Assembly (NCBI GenBank): GCA_043228905.1
Contig: JBHGNT010000018.1
Location: 14,756,001 to 14,820,000, forward strand
Reading direction: 5' to 3'
DNA: 64,000 nucleotides
Source of the DNA: Azolla caroliniana
Lineage: Eukaryota > Plantae > Polypodiophyta
Shown here: positions 60,542 to 64,000 of the stretch, piece by piece
How positions within the stretch are numbered: the first letter of the stretch is position 1
How the letters are laid out: each line of letters opens with the position of its first letter
Position numbers and translations under genes: made by a program
Notes under the pieces: model-generated
What the model was told of the DNA's origin: nothing
Seen by the model: the letters and a program-made list of their open reading frames with translations, nothing else
The model's database searches: none

Positions 60542-61199
60542 TGTGGGACCAAACCCTACAAGAAGAGAGAGGGAGAGAGGGAGAGAGGGAGAGAGGGAGA
60601 GAGAAAATGTACCTTTCAGTTGATTTGGGGCTTCAAAATCTACCTTGCGTTTGAGGAGCCGTGGGCAAAGATGGAGAGAGAGAGAGAGAGAGAGAGAAAG
60701 ATATATTAACGTCTTCTAAGGCCAAAATTGGCCCATGAGACAAATGGTTTTCAATAAAAAATGGGATATTTACGCATTCATCAAAAGTAAAAAATAAAAA
60801 TAAAAATAGAGTTTTAAGCTAAATAGTTCTAGTAAAATAACAAACATGTTCTGCAATGAAAATGATGTTATACAAGGCCTAATTTCATTTCCCTCCAACT
60901 GTCTTGAAGAGAAGCGGGAGGTCACAGGGTTTCAATGTGGATGTGGCACGTGGTCCCAATGTAAAAGGTACCCCAACCATAGCTCTAGTCGACGTAGCTC
61001 ACGCTCCCTTATCTTCTTAATCTTTTCTACTCCGTGTCAACTTGTTTTGAAGCCCAACATGCGAGGGCGCTTGGTTGTTCATTGCATTTCGGCTTCCTCA
61101 ACAGAGAGGTCGAGTGGCGTAAGTGTATCCACATTCATACTCTCCCCTTGTTCCTGAAAATTTACACTATTTACAAGTTGATGAATAGTAAAAGGGTTA

Positions 61200-62000
61200 T
61201 GGTTAACACTTTGTAATTTATTGTCCCTATGTTGTTTTAGCTCTAAGATATACCTACCTAGTCTCTTCACATCCGGGGTATCTAATAGTTTGGAAAGGTC
61301 CCTAATATGTCTTGGTATTCCACTCATATCTTGGCATAAGTTGGGCACTTGCATGTGAAGTGATACTCATCCTCTATCTCTATGTGCCACAACCTACATA
61401 GCCTTTCCTCTCTAGGGACTGTATTAGCCCGACCATTCTGAATCTCAAGTTGGTGAGATGATATCCTAAGTTGTCCAATGGCCTTAGTGCATTTGATAAG
61501 AATGTATCTAGATATCTTGGTCGTGTAATAAAACCTAATTGAGGGAAGTGCAAGAAGTGTTCCTTATAGTACAACATTTTAGATGGGAGTGACTCTTGTG
61601 GGGTGATCCATTTATATCGAGTGTAAATTTGCCATATTTCTTGGCATATCACTTTATTACGGTCTTTAAGAGATATTAGAATTTGATCAATCCCATGGTT
61701 GTACTTAAGGGGGGGTTGGTTATTAATGTCTATGTCGTTTGCAAGTAACCAACTCACCACAATGCTATACCAAGAGCTAGTGTCTCCAAACTCCATGTAG
61801 GGATTGGGATGCCTCAAAGGCTCGAAGAGATATCCTATCTTGTGGTTGGCTATGTATCTGATGAATAAAAACTACCACTTGAAAAAGTGCTTCTACTAAC
61901 ATCGTGGGCAAACTAAACTTTGCTCTAATAATGAGACAAATGATACAATTACGAAATGTGTACTCAATCATCAAAGATAAATAAAAAAGTGACTTAAAGG
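61200..62000 (-). mobile_element. 3' end of a LINE ORF2 (C-terminal Cys/His domain), degenerate
   Basis: The minus strand gives SKMLYYK, RYLDT and, in a shifted frame, GQLRISSHQLEIQNGR...REERLCRLW..EDEYHFTCKCPTY. Confidence 0.78.
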
Positions 62001-62372
62001 CCCAATCATGGGATTTAAATTGGACAATGGAACATAAGTAAAAGAGTTATATCATGGTACAAAAGTGTGATGGCATGTAGTATGTTCTATAAAGGAATGG
62101 TTATGTGATGAGACTACGTTCATTTCCATCCAAGCTCCTTGAAAAGGACTGGGGTTGAAGGGTTTCGATGTGGGTGTGGCCCATGGTATTGATGTAATGG
62201 TATCATGAGCATAGGTTCTAGGAGAGGTAAATGATATTCTCTTATCTTCTTAATGTCTACTGCACGACAACAAGTTACTTTGAAAGCCCGATATTCGAGG
62301 GCGTTTGATTGCTCTCTTGTTTTCTGCTTCATAGAGGGAGAGACTGAGTGATTTAGGTGTGTTCATGTTCAT

Positions 62373-64000
62373 TGTTCGGGCCCCTATTCTTGAAATAATT
62401 CAATGGTTATGCCTACCTAGTTTGTTTATGTCTGAGGTATCCAATAATTGGGAGAGACATAAGTGCGAGCCAGATTGGAGTCTCCAGAGCCAGCCTTGGA
62501 CAAGAAAAGTCAGAACGGGATGGAAGAGCACGAGCCGGATCAGATAGATCTGAAGTAGACTGGAAACCAGATCTGGAGACACATCCTGTAGGATCCAGAT
62601 GAAGCATCCAGAAATGGCCATATTTGTAAATAGGTTTTGTTGTGCCTATTTGGGCCAGAATTATAAATAGCCCTAAAGTTCTATTAGTGTAAATACAACA
62701 AGGGCAAATCATTAGACTGTGATGAATTGTTAGTGTTGGTAGTTTCCTTCGTAACCAAGTGTGTGTATGAGAGTAAGAGTGTGTTGTAACTCTATTGTAA
62801 CCGTCGTCTAAAGAGGAGGTCAAGGTTGTTGCCTTAGACTCTCCTGTGTATATTCCTCTTACCATAGTGATATAGTTCAGAGTTTGTGGACTCCCGTGAC
62901 TTTTCCCCTTTCTAGGTTTTCCACGTAAAATACTTGTGTCTCTGTGCCTTTGTCTTTCCGTCTTCTGTCATTTCTGCCATTTCAATCTTTTCACTCGCAT
63001 TTGCACACATGATAACCGTTTGTGGCTGGTAGTATCCTCATCAAACTGGTATCATAGCAATGGACAAACATCTTGATGGAATGTTCAAGTTAACCGGATC
63101 CAACTACTCTATGTGAAAGTCAAAGATGCAGGACATGTTGGTGTGAAAAGACCTATGGCTGCCAGTGCAATTTAAAGATGGAAAACTAGAAAAAATTGAT
63201 GCATCGACCTGGGAGGTGATGCATATGATGACAACAACGTATATAAGATGTTTTATAGACATGATTCTATATAACAACTTAAACAAGGAGACCAAGGCGA
63301 ACATCCTATGGAAGAAGATCGACATAATGTTTGAGAACAAGAATGTCGTCAACAGAGTCTCAGTATTCTGGAAGATTGTTAGACTCTGGTATACAGGATG
63401 ACTCCAGCATGGAAGAGCACTTGAATGCCTTCTAGGGACCAATAAACCAAAGCACCTCTCTAGAAGTACCACTTGCCGACAAGGTACTAGCACTGTTGAT
63501 GCCGGGATCCCTTTTAGATAGTTGGGAAATGTTGCTTGTCACATTCGGTAATGCCAAACTAAAAGGGAAACACCTATCCCTAGAGACGGTGAAGTTGAGC
63601 TTGTTGAATGAGGAAGCTTGCTAGAAGGACAAAGAGTCTGTAACCGACCCGAAGGACTTAGTCACAGAAGGTGACATGAACCGGGGAAGAGGCCGGAAGA
63701 GAAGTCCCTAGAACCAGGAGAAGTCGGGGACAAGGTCAAAGTTGAGAGAAAGGCCCATGTGCTTCTATTGTAGGAAGTCGAGGCATTCCCAGAAGAGTTG
63801 TCGACATTTCCTGAAAGAGAAATGGGGAGCTGATGGTCTAGAGCTGAAGAAGATTCCGGACAGAAAAGGCACCTCAGGCGATTGCGACAAGTGAAGAGGA
63901 ACTAATGCTGATTAGTGAGTAGACTGATGTGCACTATGTCAGCGACGAAACAACATAGGTGGTTGACTCTGGAGCGTCGTTCCACTTGACCCCTGACCAG
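62373..64000 (+). mobile_element. Copia (C-type gag): 5' LTR ~62373-63043, PBS and degenerate gag-PR running off the window
   Basis: PBS TGGTATCATAGC at 63047 and ATG at 63060 (MDKHLDGMFKL). CFYCRK and VVDSGASFH. The left end of the LTR is approximate. Confidence 0.88.

Larger units (their letters stand above)
57949..60720 (-). mobile_element. LINE (RTEX/L2-like): 5' UTR, ORF1 and ORF2 endonuclease to early RT, cut by the copia LTR
   Basis: ORF2 has CFWNCNG, LVETW, GGVACLI, VFGDMNA, IDYVI, SDH and IKPLHKGGD..NNYRTIMVGSLMAKLF. The 5' boundary is approximate. Confidence 0.9.

Overview
Eukaryotic intergenic DNA, most likely from a non-seed land plant such as a bryophyte, lycophyte or fern (inferred from the element types). 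The window is almost entirely a pile of nested transposable elements, and I can support no host gene. It holds two full-length Ty1/copia elements with paired LTRs and 5-bp TSDs (7182-12553 is very young with one premature stop; 13207-18914 is older) and about eight truncated or degenerate copia copies. It also holds a tRNA-Trp-primed, chromodomain-less Ty3/gypsy lineage (one full-length copy at 24483-31853, two truncated self-nested copies and three solo or near-solo LTRs), a Tat-like LTR with an antisense coiled-coil ORF, a non-autonomous hAT element, RTEX/L2-like LINE remnants and several other solo LTRs. The most interesting signals all concern the Trp-primed gypsy lineage: (i) 4-bp target sites centred on CpG, (ii) a conserved putative -1 frameshift placed after a D-H-G protease, and (iii) tRNA-like Pol III cassettes in the LTR U3. 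Also notable are a 434-bp inversion between two opposed solo LTRs shown by swapped TSDs, a capsid-domain swap in the youngest copia, and strong CCGG enrichment. Coordinates were read by eye and no searches were run.
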